A stretch of 64,000 nt of DNA from the human T2T-CHM13v2.0 reference genome, Homo sapiens (GCF_009914755.1 NC_060944.1), one strand, 5' to 3'. Shown: positions 29,146-42,090, counted from the first letter of the stretch. Numbers and translations: made by a program. Notes: a model not told the origin generated them from the sequence alone.

Positions 29146-30772
29146 AGTCTGGATTGCTTACAGTGACAACATCAAAAAAATTCACAATAATAATAATGCC
29201 ATGTGTGTGGAAGGTGCACTTCTCTACAGATATTTTTTAAAGTGTTTTTCAAGTTATTTTCTTTCTGAGCAGCACAGAATCTGACATAAGGCCCACAGAT
29301 AGGAGCTGGTTGCTTTGGTGGAGGCAGAAGCAGGAGAAAGAGAAGAGTAGGAGGTTCACTCTTTCCTTCTCTCCCTCTTTCTCTCAGCTAGTGTACCCTG
29401 AGGCATCTCTGCTCAGCAGAAAATAGTTTGCAAACCACAGATGCAAGGGATTCTTCTGTGTTATACTTGCGACATTGGCTTCCATTAGACGATCTTAGTA
29501 AATACTGTTATATGGTCTCTCAGTCTCACTGGAAACACATCATTTCTCAGCTTGTGACTAGTTTAAGAATAACAGAGGCAGAATTCCTTAACTGGTACTT
29601 GTCCTTAACTATTCATGCATAGCACAGCCTCTGTTTACAGAGGATTCAAAACCTTGTGTTTGTACTTGTACTTCCACCATCTCCCAGGACCATTGGGAGC
29701 TGTTCCTGGCCCTTGTATACCAAGGTCCAGGTATGGTAGAACTAAATAAACACTACTGATTCTTGCCACATTTTTTTTCATCCTTAGCTTTGTTTTTTGC
29801 CTTTGTTTTTTAACTTTCTAACTCTTTTTCTGTCTTTATTTAATGTTTTTTGTTTTTTTTTTTTTCCGTGCTCTCCACTTGCTTCCCTGATGTTTTTTCC
29901 CTTGCTTCTTCTGGGCCTCAGAAAAGGAAGGAATATATTTATGACCACAAATCTCTTTTCCAGGAATTCATCACTGTGCAATTCTTCACTACATCTCTGA
30001 TAATGGACAAGTAGTCATGGGGAAAAGGCCACCAGTAAGGACAAACACAATTGAATAAATACAAAGCAAATGCTGAACTGATTTGAGAGAAGTGTCCCAG
30101 CAGGGTGCTGCTTGGGGTACACATTCCACAAACTGCATTGCAATTACTCTGAGAACACCTTGCTTCTTCCATCTCAAAAAAAATGTTAAGTATTAATTAA
30201 TGAGCGATTAGTTCAGCCTTATGAGTTATTGCTCTAATAAAATGGCTGTTGAAGCAGGAATCATGACCAGTTTGAGTATATTATCGCTATTCTAAGAGAC
30301 CTCTTTAATTCAACAATTAAGAGGCATGAAATGTACTTTAATAGACATAATTCAATGATATAAAATTGTTCATCTGGTGTGAGCCATTCATCTTTGTTAA
30401 TACACCTCAGGTCCTATGGAAAATGACTCTTCAAGAGGACTTACAGAGGCTGTTTTTTTCTCCCTGTCCTGCAAACTACCTGTGCTGGGAAAATCAATGG
30501 TTTTTTTATATAGTCTCTGTTACCAGCTTGAGACCTTGACTGCACAATAAAAGCAAGTTCTGGGGTAGAATCACTGTCTTATGCTCTCCTGTCTATTCCC
30601 ATAATGCCTAAGAGTTCTGATTAATAAGTATTTTAAATCAAATTAAAATTGAATTTCAATTGTTGAATTAAGTATAAAATTAGAAGACCTTCATGTGGAA
30701 TTCAGTATATTTACAGAAACTGTAAATGGTTTATTGAATTATGCTTTTTACCTTTTGCAGTGGTTCTCATTT

Positions 30773-31414
30773 TGTTACCAGCAGCAAGTCTAGGAGGTTT
30801 CTTCAGTCATTGGTTCTTGTCTTCTTGGATTTGACCAAGAGACAGACGTAGATTTGAGGCAGAAACGAGAATTTATTGAAGCAAAGAAAAGTACACTTGG
30901 GCAACTAGGAAGGTTGAATGCCCCCCATCTTTGGCTCAGGAATCTTATAGATTTACTATTTCCTATTTATTTTTCTTGGTCTTCTCCCTTCCTCCTTCCC
31001 CTCGGGTGGGCTGTTGGCTAGCTGCTACATGTGCAGTGACTCCTCAGTATCTGGGAGGGGCCGCATGTGCCATTGGGTAGTTGAAATTAAAGACATGCTC
31101 TCTTAGGGAAATTTTCCCTTACTGGTCTAGCGCTCCCAGAGGAAGGTCATATACCAGTCAAACTGCCATTTTGTCCCTTACTGTGCATGTCTGGACACAC
31201 TTGCTCAATTCCTAGGATCTTATCAGAAAGTCATTGCCCAGAAGCTCAAGATGTTTCCTGTTTGTTAGGAAAATTTCCCCTCCCTGACACCAGCTGTGAC
31301 CATCAGTCCTGAAGAGGCCGCCTCACAATGGCATGACAGTCACCTGATGGTCACCTGACATTCCTTGGGGTCGTATCCTGCCCTGCTCATATCTGACTAT
31401 CTATCTACTCCAAA
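30773..31414 (-). mobile_element. MER50-family ERV1 LTR
   Basis: Reverse-complement similarity to 2574-3296 (ggtcatataccag, cacctgatggtcacctgacattcct). Confidence 0.8.
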
Positions 31415-32334
31415 ACTTTCATGTGTTCTAAGAGAGTTAATGCTTTCATAACTTCTTTCATAGATCCTCCCACTTTGCTTCCCAACACTGCCACCACCCA
31501 ACCCTAGCCCTCTCCTGCCTCACTCACCTGCATCTGAGTTTCTGTTATTGTGTTTGTCATACGTAAATTCCTGGTGAAGCTTCTCTTTATTTTGGCCTCT
31601 TCTTCAAGTCCTGGTTTTATAGTTCATGACCCATTTGAAATTGCTACAAAATTTTGATAGTTTAATAAAGGGTTCTTATTTTTTTACTTGAAAGCACATT
31701 AGTTTAGATAACTGTTTTATTTGTTCTTCAAGAACTTCACATTATTCTTTTTTTTCAATGACTATTGGCCAAATCAGCAAAATTTTACGTTATTCTGAAT
31801 TTGAACATTAAAGGGAGCAGCATGACAAGAGTAGAAATTAAAATTGATTAGGAAGGAAATATTCTGGGTTCCTCTTCTTATTCTGCTGATAACTCAGCTC
31901 TTTAGATAACTATGGATGAGTTTCTAAGCCTCTCAAAACCTCACTTTACTTATCCATAAATTGAAGATTATTATACCTCCCAGGGTTTCTGCTAAAATCA
32001 AATGGGTATAATTGATGTGAAAATGTTTTGAAAAATAAGAGTTCTATACTAAGCCAGTTTAGCAATGTAGTCATGCATGAGAAAGCCTCAAGGGTTGGCC
32101 TTTCTCCTGCACTGCTGGTTTGTATAAAACTTTCCTGAGCTTCCACCTTCAACTCTAATTAGGTGAATATCCATTAGTGTTTCAGTCCTCAGTGTCCAAA
32201 ATCCAACTCAGCATTTTTTTTTTCTGCAGAAGCTGTAACTCTAGTTGGTTCAAAACATGGCTAATATTGTTATCATATTGGTCACGCAGACCTGAAACAT
32301 GAAAATTATTTTCAACTTGGATGGCCATGCCCCA

Positions 32335-32772
32335 GTATTGGTAGCATTATGCTGGTTTACAACGATTCCCAAATACCACATCAGAAATTTATATTCCTAG
32401 AGTTCTGGAGTTTGGAGCTTTGGAATCTAGGTGTCAGTGTGGTTGTTCCTTTTGGATGTCCTAAGGCAGAGTGTATTTCATGTTTGCCTCCTGGCTTCTG
32501 GTGGTTGCAAGCAATCTTTGGCACCTGTAGACACATCACTCTAATCTCTGCTTCCGTCTTTACATAGTGCTCCTGTTGGGTGTCTCTGTCTCTTTCCTTT
32601 CCTTATAAGAACACAAGGTCATTTGGTTTGGGGCCCACTCTAACCCAGTATGACCTCATTTTAACTTGAATACACCTACAAATGCCCTATTTTCAAATAA
32701 GGTCATATTCACAGGTAGTGGGGACTAGGACTTGAACATATCTTTTGGGAGGATATAATTTTAGTCACTATA
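32335..32772 (-). mobile_element. MLT1C MaLR LTR
   Basis: ccagtatgacctcattttaacttg...caaataaggtcatattcacaggt. Confidence 0.75.
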
Positions 32773-33240
32773 CCCTGAAATATTACCAAAAGTCCACCTT
32801 TAAACTTCAAAGTGTCCTGGTTTGGATGATAAATTTGATTGTCACCAAAAACTTTGACTCTTGGTTCTCCTCTCCAGCATCTCATCTTTTTGCCAAACCA
32901 GGAAGGAATGGTTTCTTGCATTTCAGCTATCTAAATCTGTAAATGCACCATGCCCCTTCATTTCTGACATCTCTCACTCTATTATTTTCCTCAACATCTG
33001 ACCCTGTTAGCCTACCTCTACTGACCTAGTCTGCTATCATCCTCAAACTGCAACTTCAGCCTCTGGCTATCTCCTACATGTCAATTCCTCATTCCCAAAT
33101 TTAACTATTAATATGTCAGCAATCCGTATGCCAAATCACCCTCTTAAGTGGTCTATTTGTCCATACAGATCATTATTTCAATAGGGTGAAAACAATTCAT
33201 TCTTTTTGTAACATATAATTTGGAATTCATGTATTTTAAT

Positions 33241-33534
33241 TAATTTATTTATTTTGAGACAGCATCTTGCTCTGTCACGCAGGCTGGAGTACAGTGGTGT
33301 AATCTTGGCTCACTGTAGCCTCACCTCTGAGGTTCCAGCGATTCTCCTGCCTCAGCTTCCCAAGTAGCTGGGATTACAGGTGCCTGCCACCACACCCGGC
33401 TAGTTGTGTAGTTTTAGTAGAGAGGGGTTTCACCATGTTGGCCAGGCTGATCTCGAACCTCTGACCTGAAGTGACCCACCTGCTTCGGCCTCCCAAAGTG
33501 CTGGGATTACAGGCATGAGCCACCGCACTCAGCT
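33241..33534 (-). mobile_element. AluS (Sx/Sz) with TSD att(c/t)atgtattttaat
   Basis: Reverse dimeric Alu flanked by ~16-bp direct repeats. Confidence 0.92.
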
Positions 33535-35269
33535 ACATTTATGTATTTTAATCTCTTTCTTCTCTTATGCGGATAATGTCTAGGACTATAAAATATCTTT
33601 TCTGCCTTTTGTTCAAGACTAAGTATATACTATGTTTGTTGATATTCATCCTTATGTTCATAGGGCTTTTTAAAAAATCCTTGAATTAAGGGTAGGGATG
33701 AGGAAAAAAAATTCACAAAAGAAGAGGAACAATCAGCTGAAGCTCAGACATTTGTATTAATACATTGTTTTATAAGTACTGTATGATGTGCTTCTTTGGG
33801 TAAATATCAGAATTTTGAGTAAAGGGCACTCATGATTTTCTTGATTCTACTCTTAGTTTTGTAATAACTTGGTGTAGATTGCTTTGTGTTCGTACAAATC
33901 AGTGAGATCCTGTGGGAGAAAATTATTTTGGAGCGTGAGTGGGTTTTCAGCCAGAGACTGTGGGAGGCACACATGACGTCTGTCTGCTTTTTCCTTCTCA
34001 TAACTAAAATTGTAGTATTTTTGACAGACTTAAACTCTCAGGGATGGTAGCAAATTAAAGTGGTTTCTAAACAGCCAAGTCTGGCCTGAATTCTGCTACA
34101 CAAATGTGTAACAGATTACCATCAGGCAGGACATGAAAGTTGACTGTTTTAAAAATCTACAAAAGAGAGGTGAATTTCTCCCATTTAGTAGCTCAAAATG
34201 AATGCTTGTGAGAGAGCCAGCAAGCTCGGTGTGAAACCTGTACCATTTGAACATATTAAAAATAGAAAAAAATCCCGGAGAAACATCTTTTCAGAACAAG
34301 TTTAGGTTGGGCTGTAGGATTCTGGCATGGTTAAAGGTTAATCTTTGGCATTCAGAGCAGAGAAATTTAATCTGTTTAAGCTTCAAAGGACAGAAAACTC
34401 AAAGATTCCTATTTATTCCGGGGTGATTTTCTTTTGGCTCTGGCTAAATCACTTGGGGCAAAGGGGTTTTCTTTAAAAAACAAATAAAAGTAAGAAGGAA
34501 AAGGAAGAAAGACATAGTTCTGGCATAGCCAGGAGAAAATGCTAATAGGAAGTATGGAGGCAACCCTTCTCTAAAGAAGAAAGTGAAAGCAGATAAATGC
34601 TAAATTGGAGTTTGTCTGGGACAATAGAGAAATGGAATCATGTTTCTAGGTCTTCATTTTTCTAGTATACAACAAACACGGTACAAAAATTTTTATCACG
34701 GTGAGCGCCAGAGTGATTGGACTTAAGTAAAGTTTGGTATGAGAAAGACAGCAAATTGTAGTGTTGGTCTTAACTATATTCTAATGTTTATATTTGTGTA
34801 TTTATACATAGTAATTAGACATAATTAAAATGTGATGCTAATTATGTTGATAAATAATTATATACTTAAAGGAAATACAAAGTTGACAAGATGGCAGGCC
34901 ATCTTCCTTCCACTTTTCTCTTTTATTGCCTACGAAATACTTTCAGGTTGGGGTTGGCCAGTGCAGCTGTCAGGCACCACCCTTACCTTTCCAGGAGGTC
35001 CATCCACAGAGCATAAAAGGAGACAAATGCTTGGGAGGCATTCTTGTAAATATGGATCTCAGTGCGATAGATTGCAAATGTCAGACTGCTAGATTCCATC
35101 ACTGGATTCCATCACTGGATTCCTAAGATCAGTGCAGAGATTAAAAAAAATACGTTTTTTTTTCTCCCTTAAAGAAGAACAACTTTCTAATTTTCAGATC
35201 TTTATAATTAAGGAAATTTCCAGAAGAAGTCATAAGAAAAGGCAGCATCAATAGCAAATACTTTCCTGG

Positions 35270-36302
35270 AAATTGATTTTAAAACATTTTTTATTTTCCA
35301 CTATTTTTGTCTTCTTTCATTGGAATGAGGCTTTAAGAAAATGTCTCTGTGTTCCAGAGAGATGTGAAGCAAATAGAAACTCCGATTAAAAAGCACAGCT
35401 TCCCATCTGGAGGATAATGTTTGTTCAACTCAGCTCAAGATCCTCTAAATTTGCTAGTGATGATGCTTCATGGAAATTGACAGCTGAGGAACCCAAAGAG
35501 CTGTACTCAAATAACTGCCTCCTCCGTCTCTTCTTTCCTCTCTCCACGTCTGGTGCCCCTAAGAGCAAATGACAATGTGGGGGCGGGGGTGTACATATAT
35601 CTCTGAGGGGCAACTTAATTAGCTCCCAAATAAAGAAAAAACTTCAGGGGCTGCGAAGGCAGTGATTATGTTAACCCTTGGATTGATAGGAAAACAAGTG
35701 AGGTTCTAAATCTCCTTTTTATGGATGGTGATAAAAGGGTCATCTTGTCCGTTTATTAATGAAACACCAAGACTCTCCAGGCAAGATTTTCATCAGGTTA
35801 CTCACCAACTCTGCAATGTTCATGGGAACAGCATCCTTCTCAGATAAATTCCTCCTTTTCCATGTTGAACTACAGCGGTCTGATCTGAGGTGCCACTCAC
35901 TAGCCAGTCCTGTGGCCTCCTTCCTGTGGCCCTGAAAATCTGTATCTGTGTTCTGTTCTGGCTGTAGAGAAAACATCAATATGTTTGATAAGACTAACGG
36001 GGATGACTTGAGTGTGAAGATTTGGTCTTGTTATTCCCTGGCAGCAATCAGTCACCCCAGAATATTCCAAAGGGACTGAAACAGTACTAACTGTGTCCAT
36101 TCCATTTTCACTGCTGTTCCTTTGCCAAGGGAGTTTTCAGCAAAAATAATCAACAGAAAGAGCGAAAACAAGCTGGACAGAGCAGTCTTACTTCCAGTTG
36201 ACTGACAACATAGCTACCCTAAAACTGACAACTGTGTCAAGAAAACAATTACTCACCATGTCATGACTCAGAGTAGAATTTTATTGTGCACTTGTTCTGT
36301 AC
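35270..36302 (-). other. Candidate spliced transcript: exons 36302-36257, 35931-35806, 35558-~35270
   Basis: Donors ATG|gtgagt and TTG|gtgagt; acceptors ttttcag (x2) and ttgctcttag; AATAAA at 35295-35290 (minus). No expression evidence. Confidence 0.3.
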
Positions 36303-36643
36303 CTGAAAATTTAAATATGTGTCTGTCTCTTCTGTTGGTTTCAAAATAATTGTGCATGTTGACCACTGCTACCTTTGCGATCACTTACTTCCTGCTTTTG
36401 AGTGTTGAAATGTTTCCTTTTTTACAAGATAATGTTTATAGTAGATGACTTTTTTGGTTTTATGCTTACTTTAGGTAAAATTAAAAAGTTGATGACCACA
36501 TATTAGTCTCCAAATTAAAAAAACAACAACATACTAGACAGTGAAATTCAAACGTTTTAGAATCTCTAGAAAAAAATGCCCACCTTATTAATTTAGTCAT
36601 CAAATATTTATTGAGTATCCACTTATATGTGGCTTTTCTAAGG

Positions 36644-36774
36644 CAGCACCCATCCAGGAGAAATACAATGTGAGCTATAAATGTGAGTCACCCATATAAT
36701 TTTAAATTTTCTAGTAGCCACACTAAAGAAAAGGTAACAAGAAATAAGTGCTGGATTTTAATATAATATATATA
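36644..36774 (+). mobile_element. MER33 (hAT-Charlie), 5' half only
   Basis: tataattttaaattttctagtagccacactaaagaaaaggtaac; stops at the L1 tail. Confidence 0.7.
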
Positions 36775-37141
36775 AACTTTTATTGTAAGTTCGGGGGTAC
36801 AAGTGCATGTTTGTTACATAGGTAAACTTGTGTCATGGAGGTTTGTTGTACCGATTATTTCATCAACCAGGTATTAAGCATAGCACCCCTTAGGTATTTT
36901 TCCTGATCCTCTCCCTCCTCCCACCCTCCACTCTCCAATAGGCCCCAGTGTGTGTTGTTCCTCTCTATGTGTCCATGTGTTCTCATCACTTAGCTCCCAC
37001 TTATTAAGTGAGAGCATGCAGTAATTGGTTTTCTGTTCCTGTGTTAGTTTTGTAAGGATAATGTTCTCTAGCTCCACCCATGTTCCTGCAAAGGATAAGA
37101 TTTCATTCTTTTTATGACTGCATAGTATTCCATGGTGTATA

Positions 37142-39136
37142 TGATGGCAGCGGTGGGCGTCCAGAGTGGCTGCTGCCACCGTACTGGCTGCAGCAGGGAG
37201 GTGTGAGCAGTGGCGGCAGGAGCGGCTGCGGGAGCAGCAGTGGAAGCGATGGGTCCCCTGTGCCTTGCATCCCCAAGGCAGCTGACTACACCGCCATCAC
37301 CCTCACACAGCCAGGTTGGATCTGCCACCAGACCTGGAGCCTCTGCCGCTCCAGACCCTGGCTCCCTGTCACCACTGTCACCCGCTGCTGCTGTGGGGAA
37401 GGTGCAGGGTGGAAGGCAAAGCTGGGTCCCTGACGCTGCCATGCTCCATGGAGCAGGTGGGAGCCAGGGACAAGTGGGAACCCTCCCAGAGCCCGCCGTC
37501 ATGGTGGCCACCATGATGGAGCCCAGCCGAGCCATCAGCCAGTTGGGGAGCAGTGCGGTCAGGTATGGGCGGGCAGAGAGGGACCAAGCGAGGACCTGGA
37601 GCCCTTACCCCAGGCTGCAAGGAAGCACAGCCAGGGCTGCCTGTACATTCCATGGAGCGGGCAGGTGCCCCACCCTCCCAGGTGCAGGACCTGGATGTCT
37701 CTGCATTATGCACCCTTGGGGGCCCAGGAAATCCCCCACTACCCCTGCAGGCTTGAGGGTGTCTGCTCCTGCTGCCTGGCCTCTTCCTGCTCCTGGCGCT
37801 CGCTTCAATCTTGGAGCAGGGTTAGGGCCAAGCCCAGGTGCTGTCACAGGCTGGCTGGGTTTGCCCATGCTCATGGCAGCGCTGACACACCAACCCCCTG
37901 CCGCCTCGGCCCCCTCCAGACTTTGGTTGCTGACGAGTGCCGGGGGAAAGCCAAGGTGGGACTGAGGGCAGCTACCTGCTGGCTTGCAGGTGACCCTTGG
38001 CGCTAGCAGCCTGGGCGCCACGGACAGCGGCAGGAGGCAGGAAAACTCCTGGGTGGAAGGGGACGGGTCCCCGGTGAGCCCCCACCTTCAAGCCAGGGAG
38101 GGCCTGAAGGCTGGGGGCCAGGCTGCCTGTCCCGCAGACTAGAGTGGGAACTTGTGGTGCCTTTTCCGGTCGCCCGTGGCCGCCCATGGACCAATCCTCA
38201 CACATGTCCTCCCCTCTGACCAATCCTCCCCTCTGACCAATCCCGCCCATGGACCAATCCTCACACACGTCCTCCCCATAAAAAGCCCAGGGCTCAGCCA
38301 GAGCTGAGCAGATGATGGAATGACTAGCCGCAGAGCAGGAGCTACCCTCTCTGCTAGGTGCTAAACACTTGTTGGGACAAGCTGCCTGCAGAGAGGAACT
38401 ACCCTCTCTACTAGGAGCTGAACATTTGATGGGACACCCTGGCTGCAGAAAGGAGCTGCACCCTGCGGGTCTCCTCTGAGTTGTTCTATTGCTAAACAAA
38501 GCTCCTCTTCATCTTGCTCACCCATCACTTGTATGCATACCTCATTCTGCCTGGTTGCAGGGCAAGAACTCCGGACCCACTGAATGGCGAGGCTGAAAGA
38601 GGTGTAACACGAACAGGGCTGAGTCGTGCTCATTGCTCACTACATTGCAGGTAAAGAGAAGGAGAGAAGCTCTGCGGCCCTTTGGGGAACCTGGACCTGC
38701 GAACTCCCTGAGCCAGGGCTGTGACTCCCTCTTTGGGGCCCTATGGTTCCTGGCGTCTCCAAGCTTCCGTGTGCCACACATTCCCCGGTGCCAGCCGTGA
38801 AAGCTGCTTGCAGTGTGCCTGGTCCAGCCGCAGCCTCGCAGAGAGCTGGGGCCTGTGCCAGCACCTGGAGCTGCCTGACCCACTGCAGCAGCCAGCATGT
38901 CTGACTGTGTGCAGTGGCCGGACCCCACACTTGCTAACACACCGCTCACCGCTCCTCACCTGACTCACCCTTGGCAGGTGTGGATCCAGGCCCTTGGCAG
39001 GCATGGGATCTAGGCCAGTAGCATGAGCCAAGCACAGCCTTCCAGGCCAGGTGGGCTCGAGCAAAACTCAGGCAAAGGAACCACCGGCCACAGAGGCTTC
39101 CAGCCAGAAAAGTGACACCTCAAGGATCCCGTAACA
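37142..39136 (+). mobile_element. MER52 (MER52D-like) ~2-kb GC-rich ERV1 solo LTR, TSD TATA
   Basis: tgatggcagcgg...ggatcccgtaaca; tata at 37138-37141 and 39137-39140. Confidence 0.88.
38185..38290 (+). promoter_or_regulatory. LTR promoter core: 4 CCAAT boxes, GC box, TATA-like cataaaaa
   Basis: CCAAT at 38191, 38220, 38237, 38254; cccgccc 38242-38248; cataaaaa 38277-38284. Confidence 0.55.
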
Positions 39137-39573
39137 TATATGTACCACATTTTCTTTATCCAGTCTATTATTGATGGGCATTTAGGTTGATTCCATACCT
39201 TTGCTATTGTGAATAGTGCTGCAATGAACATATGTGTGTGTGTGTCTTTATAATAGAATGCTTTATATTCCTTTGGGTGTATACCCAGTAATGGAATTGC
39301 TGGGTTAAATGGTATTTCTGTCCTCAGATCTTTGAGGGATCACCACAGTCTTTCACAAATGGGTGAACTAATTTACACTCCTATCAACAGTGTATAAATG
39401 TTCCTTTTCCTCCATAAACTCACTCACTAGCATCTGTTTTTTTTTTTTTTACTTTTTAGCAATAACCATTCTGACTGATGTGAGATGAGATCTCATTGTG
39501 GTTTTGATTTGCATTACCCTAATGATCAGTGATGTTGAGCTGTTTTTTCATATGATTGTTGTGAAGATAATTC

Positions 39574-39842
39574 CTAAACACATGTGGGGGATGGCTTGCT
39601 GTGTGGGGGATGGCTTGCTGTTAGCTGATCAAAACTGGGTGACCTGGCTATGCTCCACATCTTCCATCCTTCAGCCAACTAACCCAGATGTCCATGGCAA
39701 TGATGGAGCTGCAAGAAAGAGCAAGCTCCAATATACAAGCCCATTTCAGTCTTCTGCTTGCATCGTGTATGTCAACATCCTATTGGGCAAACCAAGTCAC
39801 ATGGCTGAGCCCAGAGTCAAGAGGCAGAGCAGGTGTCTCACA
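39574..39842 (-). repeat. Inverted local duplicate of MLT1 LTR segment 41436-41690
   Basis: About 88% identity by eye, including a shared internal duplication (gatggcttgctg x2). Confidence 0.9.
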
Positions 39843-39854
39843 GTAAGTATTAAT

Positions 39855-40487
39855 AATAGCAAGTAATAGGTTGTCACCTAAACTTCTGGCGGACTGGTTG
39901 TGACTTGGTTTCCACAACCCCCTGCTCAGGCTTGATTAATTTGCTATAGTGACTTACTGAACTCAGGGAAACATTTTACTTAAGTTTACCCATTTATTAA
40001 TAAAGGGTATAATAAACAATACAGATGAACAGCCAGAAGGAAGAGATATATAGGGTGAGGTTATGTGGGAAGAGGCACAGAGCTTCCCTGCCCTCCCTGG
40101 GCACACCACTGTCCAAGAATCTCCATGTACTCGGCTATCCAGAAGTTCCCCAACATCAGTCCTTTTGGGTTTTTATGAAAGCTTCATTATCTATGCATGA
40201 CTGATTAACTTAATGGCCATTGGTGATAAACTCAAACTTCACCTCCCCTCCCAGAAGTCTCAACCCTCTAATTTGGCCTAGGTCTTTCTGGTGAACAGCC
40301 CCCATCCTAAAGCTATCTCGGGGTCCCCAGCCACCAGTCTTTTCATTATCATATAAAAGACACTCTTATCACTAGAGATTCCAAGCGTTTTGGTAGCTCT
40401 ACACCAGGAAAGGTGGACTAACACATATATGTATGTATATATGTGTGTACATGTATATGTATATATAACTGAAAATTACAGTATTAT
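39855..40487 (-). mobile_element. MER21 LTR, 3' end missing
   Basis: gcaagtaataggttgtcacc...ttgattaatttgcta...gaactcagggaaac...acagatgaacagccaga. Confidence 0.8.
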
Positions 40488-41354
40488 AAGTGGCCTCACC
40501 TCAATCTTTGCCTTGGGGACACAGGGATCCCTCTGCTTATTCTTGGTTCATTCTCTAGCTACCTCTCTCCCTCAGCCTGGACAGTAGCTGCATTTTGTGC
40601 TTGTACTATTGGATTACATTTCCTGAAATTATTGTCTCAGGACTGCTTTTGGAGGAACCCAGTATAAAACAGTATAATAACCCAAGCTCACTGGAGTTAT
40701 ATATTTTAGGTCATAGAGTGATTCACCTCATCTACAACCTATACATCATGAGTTGTAATACTGACTTGTCTGTTGCAATCTGAAGCAAATAAATAATTGT
40801 TTTAAAAATTCTTACTATGCTTCGAAGCTGTGAAAGCATGTTGCTAAAACATCTGTTTAATTTATTTACTTCAGTCCAATAATCAGTCAGTTCAGCCAGA
40901 AATATATTTGCTTGTATAAACTGAACACTCAGGGGACCCTTGAAACTGTCCATATTTTAGTTACTTAGTTTGGTATTGTTGGTACACATCTGCCATCTCA
41001 ACCACCTCCACAATAAACTGAAATAATCATACCACTGTGCTCTCCATGCTGTTGTGAGGATAATTCCTAAATATTGCTGTGAGACTCATGGCACATATGA
41101 AATTTTTAAATAACAAACATGAAATGCTTTATTTAAGGGTACCCCCAAGAAAACAGATTGAGGTGAATTCATGTTTTGAATTTATCATCATTTTAATTAT
41201 TATTCTCCTGTACACTGCTGGTTAAAAATGCCTTTCATACAATAGGTTTCTCAGCTTTATTCTAAGCATTAACTGTACCTGATAATGGTTTTGCTCATGA
41301 AGTTCTGATAACACAGAAATGACAAATCAATATAAGCCCAGAATGACTAATGGG

Positions 41355-41830
41355 CTAGAGTACAAAGATAACCCAGTACTTTTCTCTCCTTGTTCCCATT
41401 CCTTTGCCATATGACTTTGTAATATAATTTCCCATTGTGGGAAACCTGCTCTGCCCCTTGACTCTAGGCTCAGCCATGTAACTTGGTTTGCCCAACAGGA
41501 TGTTGGCATACACGATGCAAGCAGAGGCATGAAATGGTCTTGTTCTCTCTTGTAGCTCTATCATTGCCATAGACAGCTGGATTAGTTTGCTGGAGAATGG
41601 CAAATGTGGAACATACCCAGGTCACCTAGTTTTGATGAGCTAACAGCAAGCCATCCTCTACACAGCAAGCCATCCCCCACACATGTTTAGAGCCAAGCTG
41701 AGAGCAGAAGAACAACCCAGCTGAGCCCAGCACAAATTCTCAACTCTCAGATTCAAGGACTAAACATATGCTTATTATTTTAAGTGACAGAGCTTTGAGG
41801 AGGTATGTTAGGTAGTGCTGTTACTACTTC
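41355..41830 (+). mobile_element. Old MLT1 (G/H-like) MaLR LTR
   Basis: cccttgactctaggctcagccatgtaacttgg...gcagaagaacaacccagctgagcccagc. Confidence 0.75.
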
Positions 41831-42090
41831 TAATATGGTCAAATTCATGAGATACTTCTGCTATGGCATTGACTAATCTAGTTTCCTACCTCATTTCCTC
41901 TGTGTTGATGGTAGTCTCAGACTTTCTGACACTATCTTACTGACTGATTGCCAAGATTTTCTTCCTGACTCAAGAATTCTAAGGCTTTTCAACATTTTTC
42001 TTCTCTTGACTTCATCTCTCTTTCTATCCTGCTAGGAGTCAGACTCTGTCTTTGCCATTAACTGAATATGGAAGCAAATGGTTCCATCAA

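Larger units (their letters stand above)
36775..39556 (-). mobile_element. L1PA13-like 3' end split by MER52D (parts 36775-37141 and 39137-39556)
   Basis: ggtacaagtgcatgtttgttacataggtaaacttgtgtcatgg; reverse ORF2 peptide [19 protein letters not shown]. Confidence 0.9.

Noticed and set aside
37210-37965. 251-aa ORF and overlapping ORFs in a GC-rich block
   Set aside because: Entirely within the MER52 LTR; low stop frequency follows from GC content; no domain recognised
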